Shown: positions 21,791 to 34,747 of the stretch, piece after piece
Position numbering within the stretch: position 1 is the stretch's first letter
Layout: every line of letters begins with the position of its first letter
From: Octopus bimaculoides
Lineage: Eukaryota
Length of the DNA: 41,032 nt
Reading direction: 5' to 3'
Assembly: GCF_001194135.2 (NCBI RefSeq)
Contig: NC_068988.1
Coordinates: 68,710,985 to 68,752,016, forward strand
The notes under the pieces: model-generated
Told to the model about the DNA's origin: nothing
Seen by the model: the letters and a program-made list of their open reading frames with translations, nothing else
The model's database searches: none
Position numbers and translations under genes: made by a program

Positions 21791-22971
21791 AATATTACGT
21801 AAGAATGAGAACAGATACCGCAATTCATTTATTCGTGGTTCATAACGTTTCAACCACTCAAATGGTAAATTTTCCCATCAATAATTATCATTACACCTCA
21901 AATCTGAGACCTCACTATGTACAATCCAAAACCAGATTATAAAAGAGGACGTTTTAAGAAAAGCTTGAGGTTGAACATGTTACTCACTTCTCCTTGAACT
22001 TAGACAACATAAGTAGACTACTAAGTATCTTTTGTTGACACTCATAATAAACCAATAAATGATCATTGAAACTGAATTACATTTTAAACACAGAAAAATG
22101 TGAAACTAACACGATGACAACTTTGGAATTATTAATAGTATTTTTGACGAATATTATACTCATGCACGTTTGTTCAAAAGAGCTATATCAAATATAGAAA
22201 ATAAATGTAATTACGTCATTATCTGTGTGGGCTGATACACACAAATGTACTAAGGTGTAAAAAATAAAACCGAGGGAATTTTAGTGGTCTGTGTCACTAA
22301 AGTTTCACCGAGATCTTCCGTGTTTGTATATGAGGATGTCTATGTTGTAATATACGTATTACTAGGACGCAGACTGTCAACTCACATATACACAAGCTTA
22401 AGCATTGTTATGCTCATTATATTGTATCTTCAGGCAACAACAGTATTCTTCTATATGACTTTGTCATAAACCGTAGTGGAAAACAACTATTACCTCCTCT
22501 AGTTCACAGTTGATTAGGTAGCGTTAAGAAGAGCATCCAACTGTAAATAACACCCCCTTCTAAAACTGCTCATGCACGATATCGAAATTCGTGGAACCAT
22601 CTAGCTTCAGGTTAAAAAAACAGATGGAGAAAATCATAAATAGAAAACACACAAGAAATATCCTAACTTAATTCTGATATCTCAATTTGTTATTTTATAT
22701 ACGAAAAATACAGAAAAAGAACAAATGAAAAGAAGCTTGATTTTTATTCTTCTAAACAACTTTATTGTGGTCTAATCATAGAAACTTATGAATGTTAAAC
22801 AACTAACGTCTATATTAACATATTTATAGGAATTTCTCATGACATTTCTGTGGTTCTCTTTTATGCATTTGCATCAAATTACTAACTGTAGCCATACATT
22901 ATATTTATTCATATTCTTGCTTCTTATAATATGTAAATATATACAGAACTATTATGAGGTTATAAGAATAA

Positions 22972-22990
22972 GTGTGTATGTGTGCGTGTA

Positions 22991-23049
<59 letters not shown>
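22972..23049. repeat. (TG)/(TACA)n/(TA)n compound microsatellite
   Basis: Directly visible. Confidence 0.97.
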
Positions 23050-23051
<2 letters not shown>

Positions 23052-23399
23052 CGACAAAAATATGGAGATAGCTGTGAAGCTGTAAATTAACGATTTACTA
23101 TAAAATACTTTGATCCGAAAATAAGTATGAGTGCATCATTATTATAGAAACGGAGGAATTTACTAACAAAAATATGAATAACCAGCTATTTTCTATTCTG
23201 GATTATTTTGCTTACATTGCATATTACTTTTTGATGGTTATATTTATGGTTCGGATTGATGTATACGGTATAACTTAACCTATTCTAACTTTTGTATCCA
23301 ATATATCGAATATTTGTTTGTATTCCATCAGTTTCTTGAGCTATAGTTATAGGTTAAATCAGAGCGAAGGTTACAGCGGGAAAAAAACCCCAGAACATC

Positions 23400-24960
23400 T
23401 CATAAAGCTGCTTTCAAGTTTGTTACCTGTCTTTCACTTTCTGAATCTGAAGGAAATGGAAGAATACATAACCCTTGAAGACCCTAAAAAACTAGTAAGA
23501 TTGATGCTGGTAATTTGCCACTGAAGCTCAACAGGGGTAGTAAAGATATGAGAGAGTGGATGAGATTCCATTGGGCCAATGTTCTGAGGATTAAGTATTC
23601 AGTATAATAATTAGAACAAGGGAAAGGCGTTAGACACAACAAGGCTATCTAGAAATGGATGGAGGATGAGTGACTTGGAGGCACGGACCAGCCAACTCCG
23701 AAGAACAGATGTTATAGTGGTGATAGAAAAGATAGAGAAGTCACAGCACACCCGTGGGCCAGAGGCTAGAATGTGTCCGTTAGTCATAAAACACAACTCA
23801 GCCGAGTGGCCCTTTTGTTGATGCGATCCTGGATGTCATTTTGAGTAATAGTAGCACCATCCCAGATGTGGGAGAAGTACTCCATTGTGGGCCTCGCTTA
23901 AGCCTTGTAGAATGTCAGTAGCGGTTTGGGGCTGAAATATCTTCTGACATGAAACAGGACTAGTCTAAGGGATGCAGCCCTCACTATGCTATTGACCTAC
24001 ATTCGCCAGGAAACATCCTCGGTCATAGTACGAATGTGTATTTGGAGCGTCTATGACGATTCTAGTTGACTGTCGCTCATGTTAAGAGAGTGTGATGCAA
24101 TAGTGTTTTACTGATATGTGTAGTGTTTGATGTTCCTTGCTGTTACAAAAGCTGTTAAAAAAGTTGGCCGAGCTTCACTGAAGGATGCTTTCAAGGTCTC
24201 TGTTTATAGAATTAGTGTGGGTGTGGCGTATACTGCCTAAGTCGTTTGTGAAGGATGCATCGTTAAGGAATGCATAAGAGTGAATGTTGTTGAAAGTTGC
24301 GGTAAATAGGTCATCGACGAAACACCAGAGATTGGAAATATCAGAATTAATTAAGTGTAGGGTAGAAACATCTCCTCAAATGCATGCCGTAATTGTGTGA
24401 TCTAAAATAAAACCAATCGAAGGGATAAGAGATGAGTGCAGCTCGTAGGTGGAACGCTTACATAAATTTGCATGCCAGACATATTCAAAGGATTTGCTGA
24501 AATCTATAGCACAACATTTCTTTCGCTGAAAATCCCTACAGCGAAAGCCCACTAGTTTGCGACATAAATGAGAGGATCTCCAATAGATCTGCTTCTATGG
24601 AAGCCGTATTGGTGATCATTGAAGGAGAGAAGGGTTTTTGGCTGTCTCTGTTACCTTAGATATGTTAGAAATGAAAGCAATTGTATGATAGTTGGCTGGC
24701 TCGCAGGAATTGTTTCATTGAAATGGGACACAATCACGTTTGCATTCTAATTTCAGGGTATATCTCTTTAAAGAGTAAAAGGTTTATGAGTCTGTGGGTG
24801 TAGATGCAATTCCTGGGGTACATTATTTAAGTGTAATGAGATATTGCCATAGCCACTCAACTTGCTTTGTTAAAATCAGCTGTAAGTAGATTCGTTCTTG
24901 CCTTGTATGTAAACGAGGTGGAGAGCCTATTGGGAAGTTTAAAGATATGAAAGAGAGATC
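23400..24960 (-). mobile_element. CR1/L2-group LINE, RT and 3' end, 5'-truncated and decayed
   Basis: Minus strand motifs: PANYHTIAFISNISK, DHQYGFHRSRS, AIDFSKSFEYVWHANL, FVDDL, RPTMEYFSHIWDGA, and a C-terminal (F)IPRT..LWN-like block near 23560-23610. Confidence 0.8.
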
Positions 24961-24965
24961 AAAGG

Positions 24966-25107
24966 CACGTATTCAAATTCTGCCGAGGTCGACTTTGCAT
25001 TTCATCCTTTCGGAGTCGATAAAATAAGTACCAAATAAACACTAAAGGTGATTTAATCGACATACACCTCCTCCAGAATTATTGGCCTTGTGCCAAAATT
25101 TTAAATC
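24966..25107 (+). mobile_element. 5'-truncated tRNA-derived SINE (family of 30030-30248)
   Basis: ttcaaattctgccgaggtcgactttgcatttcatcctttcggagtcgataaaataagtacca...ccttgtgcc. Confidence 0.85.
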
Positions 25108-25839
25108 AGTTTTATTATAAGAAGGTAATTATAAATATGAAAGTGAAAAATAGAAATATATCCAGACTGTTTAACGGTCAGTATATATTTCTATTGTGTT
25201 GGTGTATGTTATGCATTTTAAGGCAAAGCCTTCTTTCAAGAGCACACTTTTAAGAGTTCTATAATCCGCATGGAGCATTACAGCCACAATTTATACACAC
25301 CTTTCTTACAAAGCATATAAGATGTTCTTTCCTTTCACCATATAAGCTTTTCCATTTGCAACACCACTAAATGTACAGAATGTTATTCTGGAATGGCCAC
25401 TCCCTACTAGTTATTGCGGAATTTATCCGAAAGTTTATAATGTCAAATTAGATTTAAATGATATATTGAACATATTTCTCTAGTGCTCTTTCCTCACGCA
25501 TATAAATGTGCGTGCTATACCTCAGTATACATATTTGCTTAAAACAATACACTGAACTGCAAAAGAAACGTGATTTTATTCAATGTCACTTTCATATGGT
25601 AAATTCTGAAAATTTATTTCGGGGATGTAAGCGTTAATATTCCAAGACATGCTGATTTATGGCTGACACCCAAATTGTAGGTAGCTTTTCAACTTTCCCA
25701 AAAATGCCAAAACGCAACCGCGTTGAATGCCCTGGGTAGTGATCGCAAATAGTTGTCATGAAAACCGAAAGGCATGTGCATCTCGTGGAGGTTATGGGTA
25801 TAAAAATCAACTTGAACCGCGTTCTTGGCATTCGAAAAT

Positions 25840-27620
25840 TCTCTTTTATCGACGTTGGCTGGTTTTTACAGTAAAGTACTGTTTGTTGTAATTATTGTTA
25901 AATTATTGTTGAATTTTTTTGTTACCGAGTTGTTAAAACACTTTATCAATTTTGCATTGTTGCAGACACGTTGACATTTTCCCCCTTATTTGAAGTGGGG
26001 GAGGGGGGAATATCTAATTGTGTTTTGTTTAAAAGAAAAATGATATTATCGGACGTGAGTTCAACTGACGTCGAATCCTCCGAAGAGGAATTAACCCATT
26101 GTGTCAAATGTGGGACAAAATTAGACAGAAGGAAACGACAGTACGACTGAAACCAAAAGGCAAACTATTTTGCAGCGGTGACTAGAGTCACAAGAGAGGA
26201 AATGTGCATCAAAAGGAACCAACTTGATAAATTCAAAGGTCTTCTACGTAAGGAGAGGCATGAAATTAAACTGACCCTTCTGAACAAATTGTCCTATACA
26301 AATTCCCGTAAAAGGGTGCTTTTTAAAACTATCTCTATGAAAAACAATGTGATAAAAGAACAGGTGGAAAAGTGTCTGATACTCATCTGGCAAGATATAG
26401 TATATCTTGCAAGGGGCAAAAAATTTGCGACGGTAGAGGTGCGGTTGTTATCCGAAGATATTGCCAGGCAACACTCTACAACCCCACCGAAAACCAGCGA
26501 AGTGGTTCTCTTATCCACATACCAGGGTGGACGTACTTCCAACGTTAAGGTGGGAGAGATTCCACCAGAGGTCTACACTGCCTGGCTGGTGGTAGCAATC
26601 ACCTTAGGCTTGGAGAAAAAATAACAATCCTCCAAGCAACCAAAATCAAACAACAGAACTGGCAGAGGCAGGGATTAGAGATGCTAATCGAGGCTGCCCC
26701 TGAAGACCTCGAGGAGATTGTTGACACCTAGTTAAGGGTTATGATGGAGGGTAGAAAACATTGTTGTTTTAAATGTGGCCAGAAGGGCCAAATAAGAGCA
26801 GGGTACCCTCCACATACACCACAAGAGAACCTGCCAGTAAAGAAAGCGGCGGCACCTCCAGCGATAAAAGCAGCATCTCCTCACCCTTCTGCGACACCAG
26901 CGGCAGCAAAGACCCAAGAGGAGACGAACATAGTGAAAAGGAAAGAAAATCAAATAAAAGCCTAGTGGACTATTGGAAAAAAGTAAAAAGAATCCCCATC
27001 CTATACCTACAGACAACAGTCCCCACCCTTCCCCTATAAACACTGATTCCTACCCTGCAGACACCATTCCCCACCCTACCCCCATAGTCACTGATCCCTG
27101 CCCTGCCCCTGCAAACATCTCGCCTCTCTCTACCACCTCTGACACGATTCCCATCCCTGTCACCTCACAAAAAACGCAAAGGCAGACACACAGGAACTCC
27201 AGACTCGTCAACCCCTTGAAACAACCCTCGTATCAGCGTTCAATTTGAACATTAAAAGAAACTAAGAAAATTAGTTAAATCACAAAAAGTATACAATCAT
27301 CCCACAGACAGAGACATTCCAGAAAATATTCATTTCATTTGCATGAACAAAGAACAGCATCGCAGACTTAAATCATCATTCTCAGAGGACGTAGGTCATC
27401 TGAAGAAAAAAGGTTTTCTGCTTCAGTATTTCATCAATTCATCCAAGTGACTTCACAGTCCTCGTACGATGAGGAGGAGTCATCCTCCCACCACTAGGTA
27501 AGAAATCTTTTTGTCTTCGCTTAAGGTAGGCTGTATAAATGTACGCGGCCTGGGACAGGATTGGAAGCAAGGTCGCCTCCTTAATGATCTCACGTCGCAG
27601 AGTTTAGATCTTGTCGCTAC
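25840..27620 (+). mobile_element. L1/Tx1-clade LINE copy A: 5' UTR, disrupted ORF1 and first ~34 codons of ORF2; 3' part missing
   Basis: ORF1 starts at ATG 26040 and contains a zinc knuckle CFKCGQKGQIRAGY (26765-26806) and a Pro-rich tail. ORF2 APE N-terminus reads LKVGCINVRGLGQDWKQGRLLNDLTSQSLDLVAT (27520-27621; the L1/Tx1 NVRGL motif). Confidence 0.75.
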
Positions 27621-28940
27621 TTTTTGAGTTCGGACGTGGTGTTTCAAATTTCCAAGGTCAGTAAGCTTAATTGCTTATCTCACGTTTTGAGTTTGTAACT
27701 TTGTTGTGTTTTTAAAAAACACCTTGTTTCTCCCGCGTGTGCGGAATTGTCTTCGTTGTTGCCCCTTACTTGAGGGAGGGAAACGTTTGACAATTAACAT
27801 GAAGACCAATTTCGAGAAGACTGGCTCTTCTGACATAGATTCGTCGGAGAACGTGTTCCTAGAATGTGTGAACAGCATGAAGGAAGAACTACGGAAGAGA
27901 AAGGCGGCTGTGAAAAGAAAAGTTTTGCGGCTGCAGCCGGTTTAGAATGGAAAAATTTTGGAGTGGTGATGAGCAAATTAAACAAATACAGAAGTATGTT
28001 GTATAGGGAGTGGCAGGAAATTAGATTGTCCTCTCCCGGTGAAGAGGCTCAGAGTGTAACCAGGAAAACAGTAACGTTTAAAAGTTTTAACAAAAAGGGG
28101 AAAGCCATCAACGTGGCTGAAAGAAGAGAAATCGGCTCCCATCTGGTCAGATATAACTCACTTGGCCAGGGTGTCCAAATTCACATGGTGTAAGTGAGGT
28201 TTCCCACTGAAGAGAAGGCCATGCAACACTCTACAGCCTCGTTAGCAACAAAGAATATAATCCTCCTACCTTCTTAACTTGGAAGACGAACTTCTAGGTG
28301 ATGGCGGAGGAGATACCACTGGAGGTGGATGTTACCTTGCTGATTGCAACCATACTATTGGGCCTGGATGTGAAAGTAACAATCCTCTAGGCCGCAAGAG
28401 TACCGGCACGGATCTAGATGGAACAAGGCCTGGAAATGGTCATCCAGTCTGCACCAGAAGACTTGGACACGACAGTGGACACGATTGTGGTGGGTGAAAA
28501 TAAGTTGAGGTTTATGGTGGAGGGCAGAAAGACCCGGTGTTTTAAGTGCGGCCAGATGGTCCACATAAGAGCTAAATATCATCCCTCCCTTGCTAAGGTT
28601 CTAGAGGCTCAACCAGTGGAAACCGTATTTCCACCCAATGTGGCACGACATGCGATGGAAATACAAATTGAGGATCCATGTGAACAAGAGGAAGCAGTGA
28701 AAGAATGGACGGTCGGAACAAAAAAAAAGGAAACGAAGGATGAGACAACATACCAGTGACAAAGATCCCCAACCTGATTCAATCTCATCCCTACTCTGCC
28801 CAATCCTCCCCACCCTGCCCCTGCATGCACCAGCCCCTTCTCTGCACCACCAAACGCTGACCCTGATCCTGCTCCCTACAAAAAAAAAAGAGAACGCAGA
28901 CATGAACCGAAAGCCCCAGCCCCAACCCCCAGAGTTATAA
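27621..28940 (+). mobile_element. L1/Tx1-clade LINE copy B: 5' UTR plus disrupted ORF1 of a divergent family; no ORF2 seen
   Basis: ATG at 27799. Colinear homology with copy A ORF1 (EIPLEV/EIPPEV, TLGL/LLGL, QGLEM.I..APEDL, MVEGRK.CFKCGQ). Knuckle at 28538-28579, followed by a Pro-rich tail. Confidence 0.75.
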
Positions 28941-30029
28941 TGTAATATTCAGTAGGTCGATGACATAATGAAATTAAAACGTATTTCACAGTCACACAGG
29001 TCTAGCGTTTCTTCTGCGGTTCAGTGTATACCCACATTGTAAAATGAAATTGAGATAATACAATCCTAGATTCTCCGTAGCAATAATGTGTGACTATAAC
29101 ACTTACTACAGCTCTGCATTTTGTTAACTTTCAGGCGTTGCTTAATTCCTGTAGCAGCGATGCTTAGAATAATGTCGAAAATCATCATAAGTATCGAAAA
29201 TCATCATATCGACACGAAATTGTTCTAATTTGCAAAATGACATTTGACGATTCTTATTGATTTAGTAATGATTAAATAATACACTAGCACACCATGAATA
29301 TTAAAACAATTGTTTGGTTAAGCTATAGTTAGAAATTTATAGATTTATTAATGTATTTGATTTAAAACATTATTGAAAAGTTACAATGTATACTGATAAA
29401 TATATTACTTAATTAATATATATATATTTTTTTAAGCAGTGTTTCACTAAGCAGAATTTTATGTTTTAAATATAATATTCTTTCCTATGCATACGAAATT
29501 ATATGAAATATTTCGTAGTGGTCGGTTTACTGAAATCAATAAGCAAATTAACTCATACTGAAATGAGAATTCTACCTATTTATTACAGTTGAAAGCGATT
29601 CATTGTAGGTAACACAGCCGGAGGGTGGAACGGAGAGCAGGTAATTGAAACCTAACCAAGACTAAGTGAAGCCCAAACCCCGAGTTGTTGAGCGGATATG
29701 AATTGTTGCACGGGTTTCCTTGACAAAGTTTTACGTTCTAAGGAAACCTGATCAAAGATGGAATTTCACTGTTGTTGTTCAATCTAATGAAAACAAAATC
29801 CAGAACTGCCTCAGATTCCTCAAACACGCACATACAATAAACATACACATTCTTAAATTTATTCAGTGCCTCAGCAAAGTGCGTCTTTGCTTAACTTTAT
29901 CAGAAAAGAAATATCTAATTTTTTTCTCACTGACTTTTTGAGCGAATATACACTCCACTGAAATCATCGAGCCAATATTGTAAGAATATGAATGCATTTA
30001 TTTCTTTTCTATATTTTTCTGTCCTCAAT

Positions 30030-30248
30030 GCAGCAAGCTGGCAGAATGGTTAGCATGCCGGGCGAAATGTTTAGCAGTATTTCACCCGTCGATACGTTTT
30101 GAGTTCAAATTCCGCCGAGTTCGGTCTTTGCCATTTTAACCTTTCGGGGTCGATGGAAAGAGTACCAGTCAAACGGTGGAGTTGATATAATCGACTGTCC
30201 CCTCCCCGAAAAAATTTCGAGACTTGTGCCTATAGTAGAAATGATTAT
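30030..30248 (+). mobile_element. Near-full-length tRNA-derived SINE (second family)
   Basis: A box tggcagaatgg, B box gagttcaaattcc, and the body shared with 14506, 24966 and 38784. Confidence 0.88.
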
Positions 30249-30755
30249 ATTTCTTGGTCTTTAATTCGGATATCCAATTTGGGAACTACAATAATACCGA
30301 AGTTTGAACCATATCTATATGCACATATGAAAACATCAGATAGTAGTGTCATGTTTAATAAATTCTATTATACATATATCGATCGCTCGTACGTGGGACA
30401 CTGTTCAGCTGGTTGTGATGCATCCTTCGGTGCAGATGCATCTATTCAGGTGATGTTATAAGGAGTATTTCGTTAAATGAACTCTGTTTCGCTCGGTTTA
30501 ATACAGAATGTTGTTAGTGACAGTATGTTTAAGTCGTTAGGTAGGAATATTGAGGGACACATTCTGTTGAGACTTTATAAGATAAAGACGGAGAAATAAA
30601 GAAAAATAAGACGCAAAATAAAAATAAGACAAACAATAAAGTAAAACATTATTTGCGTTAGTACCCATATATAGATACTTATGCACCCACGCATATATAC
30701 ATGTGTATGTGAATGTCTGCATATAAGTATATAGGTGTGTGTGTGCGCATACGCA

Positions 30756-31119
30756 TATTCTTTTACTTGTTTCAGTTATTTTACTGCGGCCTTTAGTCGA
30801 ACAAATAGGCCCCCAGCACTTATTTTTGTAAGCCTGGTACTTATTCTATCGGTCTCTTTTGTCGAAGCACTAGGTTACGGTGGCTTAAACACACCAACAT
30901 TGGTTGTCAAGCGATGGTGGAGAGACTAACACACACACACACATACATATATACGACGGGCTTCTTTCAGTTTCTGTCCGCCAAATCTACCCGCAAGGTT
31001 TTGGTTGGCCCGAGGCTATAGTAAACGACAATTGCCCAGGGTGCCACGCAATGGGATTGAACCCGGAACCATGTAGTTGGGAAGCAAGCTTCTTACCACA
31101 CGGCCACTCCTGAACCTAT
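30756..31119 (-). mobile_element. Full-length tRNA-derived SINE with CORE-like domain and internal (TG)n tract
   Basis: Minus strand head ataggttcaggagtggccgtgtgg...ggttccgggttcaatccc, matching 12339-12442 and 34229-34333. The 3' part matches 11305-11500. Confidence 0.9.
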
Positions 31120-31241
31120 GTATATAAATAGAAAAGCTATTAGTTCTAAGCGTATGTTGTGATATATGTATTGAGTACAATAGCCACTAAAAGATTACGA
31201 CCAACAAATTCTCCCGACCGAGTCAGCCAGAACCGCCGGTA

Positions 31242-31274
31242 CCATTCTCGTATCACACCGTGATACGAGAATGG
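31242..31274. repeat. Perfect 15-bp inverted repeat with a 3-nt loop
   Basis: ccattctcgtatcac-acc-gtgatacgagaatgg. Confidence 0.95.
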
Positions 31275-31335
31275 CTGGACATTTATCAGAGTTTAATAAC
31301 ATTTGTTTAACTCTGCATGTGTGAGNNNNNNNNNN

Positions 31336-31398
31336 GGGGCGTGCGTGGGTGATGCGTGCGTGTGTGTGTGTGCGTGTGTGTACGTGTGTGTGTGTGCA
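31336..31398. repeat. Imperfect (TG/CG)n microsatellite next to a 10-N gap (31326-31335)
   Basis: Directly visible. Confidence 0.9.
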
Positions 31399-31939
31399 CA
31401 GAACAGCTAGTGTGGGTAAGGAAGTAACTTTACGTGGATAATAACGCAAATAGTGCTTTACTTTATTGTATGCATTACTTTTCTTTCTCTTTTTCTTCTT
31501 TTTTTTATTACTCCCTATCTTTGTCTATAAACCCACAACGGAATCAATCTCTCACCATTCCTACCTAACGGCTTAAACATCCTGACGCTAACAACATGCT
31601 GTATTAAAACCGAACAAAACAGATTATTTAAATAGATACTCATTATAACATATTAGGAAATGTTTCCGCACCGAAGGATACACCACAACCAGTTGTACAG
31701 TATCCCACGCGCGAGAGTTCGATGCAAGATGCGTCGAAACAAACGTTGTGAGCAATAAAATTTCCCCTATATTCCATTTTCTTTCACTATTATTTGCTAT
31801 GTATTGACCGTACAATGAGGTTTGCCCGATGTATATCGAGCGATAATTGTATTAAAACTATGGAAGGCTATAGGCAGTGAATGTGTTTCATCGGTCTACC
31901 ACTAGGAACATACCGAATACTTAAATATTTACGATATTT

Positions 31940-31978
31940 ACACACACACACACACACACACACATACACACATACACT
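31940..31978. repeat. (CA)n microsatellite
   Basis: Directly visible. Confidence 0.97.
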
Positions 31979-31999
31979 GTAGGTAACCAGGGTTGTCGG

Positions 32000-32560
32000 G
32001 TATGCGAATAAGAATACCAGAGTTAAGGAATGGAGTCCATAAGATCTGAGCTACATATGTTTCATAGCGAGTAGAACTGCGGAAGTGGTAAATATCCAGA
32101 CAAGGTGTATTCAGCAGGCTACTAGTCAGGCCGAGAGTATCTTGATTAAATGAAGTTTACATTGTCGGAAGGAGGCACATGTTAACACACGGAAGATTCG
32201 AAGAATGTATAGAGAGCACAGTTGAGGTGGAGAATATAATTTTGGAGAAATTAGGAATATAAGAAAATATAAGAAAGAAAGTAGAAAAGAATAAAAAGAA
32301 TATAAACATAAGGGAGTGGGACAGTTAAAGGTCATTAGACAGTTTTCAATAGGGTAGGGCGATTTTGGTCGAGTAATAGTGATTTGCAAAGGGAGTGGTA
32401 TTTGAAAATGACAGTGTGTGTGTTGAGGAGCATTTGTGGTCAAGAGAAAGAAAAAATGTATGCTTCAAAAGATGGGGTGGTAGTAGAATAGAAATTCAAG
32501 AGAGAATGCGGAGAATTGTAGTAAATACTACAAACTAAAATTTAAGGGACATATCTTGTG
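32000..32560 (-). mobile_element. Possible decayed Penelope-like N-terminal/RT-start fragment related to 19270-19690
   Basis: Minus strand PLPQFYSL (~32065-32090) resembles LPSFYCLVKT at 19661-19690. It is preceded by a similar C-rich stretch and a weak match to the EFCV...YDK block. Confidence 0.3.
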
Positions 32561-33559
32561 CGCGAGAGTGTTTACTGTATGAAATAGTAGAGGTGTATGT
32601 GCGCGTACGTACTTGTAAGTTTACAAACGAGGAGGTGGTGAAGAGGCTGGTGAAATAAGATTTTAAAAAGGGTATAAATGATAAGGAAAGATAAAGATAG
32701 ATATAAACAACGAGTCAAAATGAATATAATGGGAATATATTGGTGGTTTAATTGGTGTCCGACCGCCAACTTTTACTGATGGTTCATGTCCTTCTTGAGT
32801 AATTCTAGATGTTGGTGTCCATTAATCTGCTACCAGTAGCCATTGTAGATTCTCCTCTGTTCCTTAATGTTGTGGTTTGACTGGTTTTTTAATTACGTTG
32901 AACCAACAGTAATATTCTTTAAAATTTCTGTTATTCAGACTTCTTTCAATAGTCTGGAATATGGTAGACCATTGCATTTAAACGGATCTGCAGTAGATTA
33001 AATCAACATAATCTATCCTTTGTAATCCATTAAAAACAGAGTGAATTTTCCCTTTAACTTCGGTCTCTTTTCTAAGTATCTAATTTCCTCTCTATTGACT
33101 CGCAATAATTGCAGAGACAAGATGTTTATCCTATCATAGGTGACAGAAAGCACTAATTTGATTAAGTAAAATACTGACAGCTAATTGAGGAATACGGCTG
33201 CCGCTTTAGAGAAATGATCATATCAGCATAAGAATTAAACCTGAAAGGCATTATAGTAAATGACCTACGGATGCTTTTATGAACTAGGGCCTTCGTCAGT
33301 GAAAGTGGTGGGCCATACATCTACACATGTAAAAGAAGGTCTGGGCAAGATATTTGATACTTTTTAGGAGGACTAGCAGTTGTCTGTGCATGCAAGGTGT
33401 TCCACACTACCAACGTTTATTCAAGAGAGATGCCACCGACTTAGGGTGATACATCTTGATACACGTTTCATCTCATGGGGTTGCTATCAGAATGCAAAGA
33501 CCCGGAACAGATACCGCAAGGCCCGGTTCTCTAATAGTTAAAACCAAACAACCATCCTA

Positions 33560-33690
33560 AGTTGAAAGTTTTTTACTCTGTAAGGATGAAAGGCAAAGTT
33601 GATTTCAGCTGGTTTTGGACTAACGTCGCAGAAATGGAACAAATGCAGAAAAGAACCTTTCTAATGCACTTACGACTCCGATAATTCACC
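33560..33690 (-). mobile_element. Degenerate SINE (family of 30030-30248)
   Basis: aaggatgaaaggcaaagttgatttcagc is the reverse complement of the family core. Confidence 0.55.
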
Positions 33691-34228
33691 ACCATCCACT
33701 AACTCTCTACGTATTAACTTTATCTGATGAAAAATCACTTCTCGATAAGAACTTTCATACGATATTGTCTTTCTTGAATATACCAGTCATGATCTTCATT
33801 GTAATTAATGAGAGACACGAGAATATTCAAGTTAAGACACAAAGACAAAAAACATCTGAGTGTAGTTAATATCATCCAAGGAGAAATTCTATGACATTTG
33901 ATCAAGCTTTAAATGTCATTGTCTAGAAATACTTGATATAATGTCTTACACAAAAGTGTTGAGACAAAATGTTTTAAGTTAAAGATGTTCAAAACTCTTT
34001 TGAAGTAACAAATCTTATTTTAAAGATCTATTATTACCACTGTGCCATTACCAATGTACGCCGATATTTAATAAAAACTGAAGTAATAATAGAAAGGAAT
34101 TTTAACGTATCCGTGTTTTTATATATATNNNNNNNNNNNNNNNNNNNNNNNNNNNNNNNNNNNNNNNNNNNNNNNNNNNNNNNNNNNNNNNNNNNNNNNN
34201 NNNNNNNNNNNNNNNNNNNNNNNNNNNN

Positions 34229-34333
34229 GGCTATAGTAGAAGACACTTGCCCAAGGTGCTACGCAGTGGGACTGATCCTGGAACCATGAGGTTGGGAAAC
34301 AAGCTTCTTACCACACAGCACGCCTGCGCCTAT
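34229..34333 (-). mobile_element. tRNA-derived SINE head; the rest is hidden in gap N 34129-34228
   Basis: Reverse complement of 12339-12442 with few differences. Confidence 0.88.
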
Positions 34334-34639
34334 GCGCGAGTGTGTGTGCGCACGCGTGTTTCACTTTATAGATAGATAGATAGATAGATATTAATAGCTT
34401 GATTCTGTAAAGGAAGAAAGGAGAAGCCTTCCAGCTGTGTAACATTTATATCAATATATAGAATAGTTAAAAAAGATCAACTATGCCTGAAAGTAAAATA
34501 GAAAAAAAAAGAACAACAAAATTATATATTATTAGAAAATTCATTTTTAATATAAAAAATATTCCTATATTCCTGTCATCATTAATTAAATATGAAAGTT
34601 TTCTTTGAGAAAAATATAACCCTGGGTCCCTTGATATCT

Positions 34640-34747
34640 GTTGTGTGTGTATGTATCCATGTATGTATCTACCCATCCACAAGCACACACACACACATGC
34701 ACATACATACATACATACATATATACATACATACATACATATACACA
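34640..34747. repeat. (TG)/(CA)/(CATA)n compound microsatellite
   Basis: Directly visible. Confidence 0.9.

Noticed and set aside
29600-29720. GC-richer patch with cag|gtaatt as a possible first exon or donor site
   Set aside because: An isolated donor-like motif with no ORF, promoter or acceptor support.
30030-30120. tRNA gene candidates (A/B boxes here and at 12339, 31050, 34260 and 38900)
   Set aside because: They continue into shared SINE bodies and do not form a cloverleaf.
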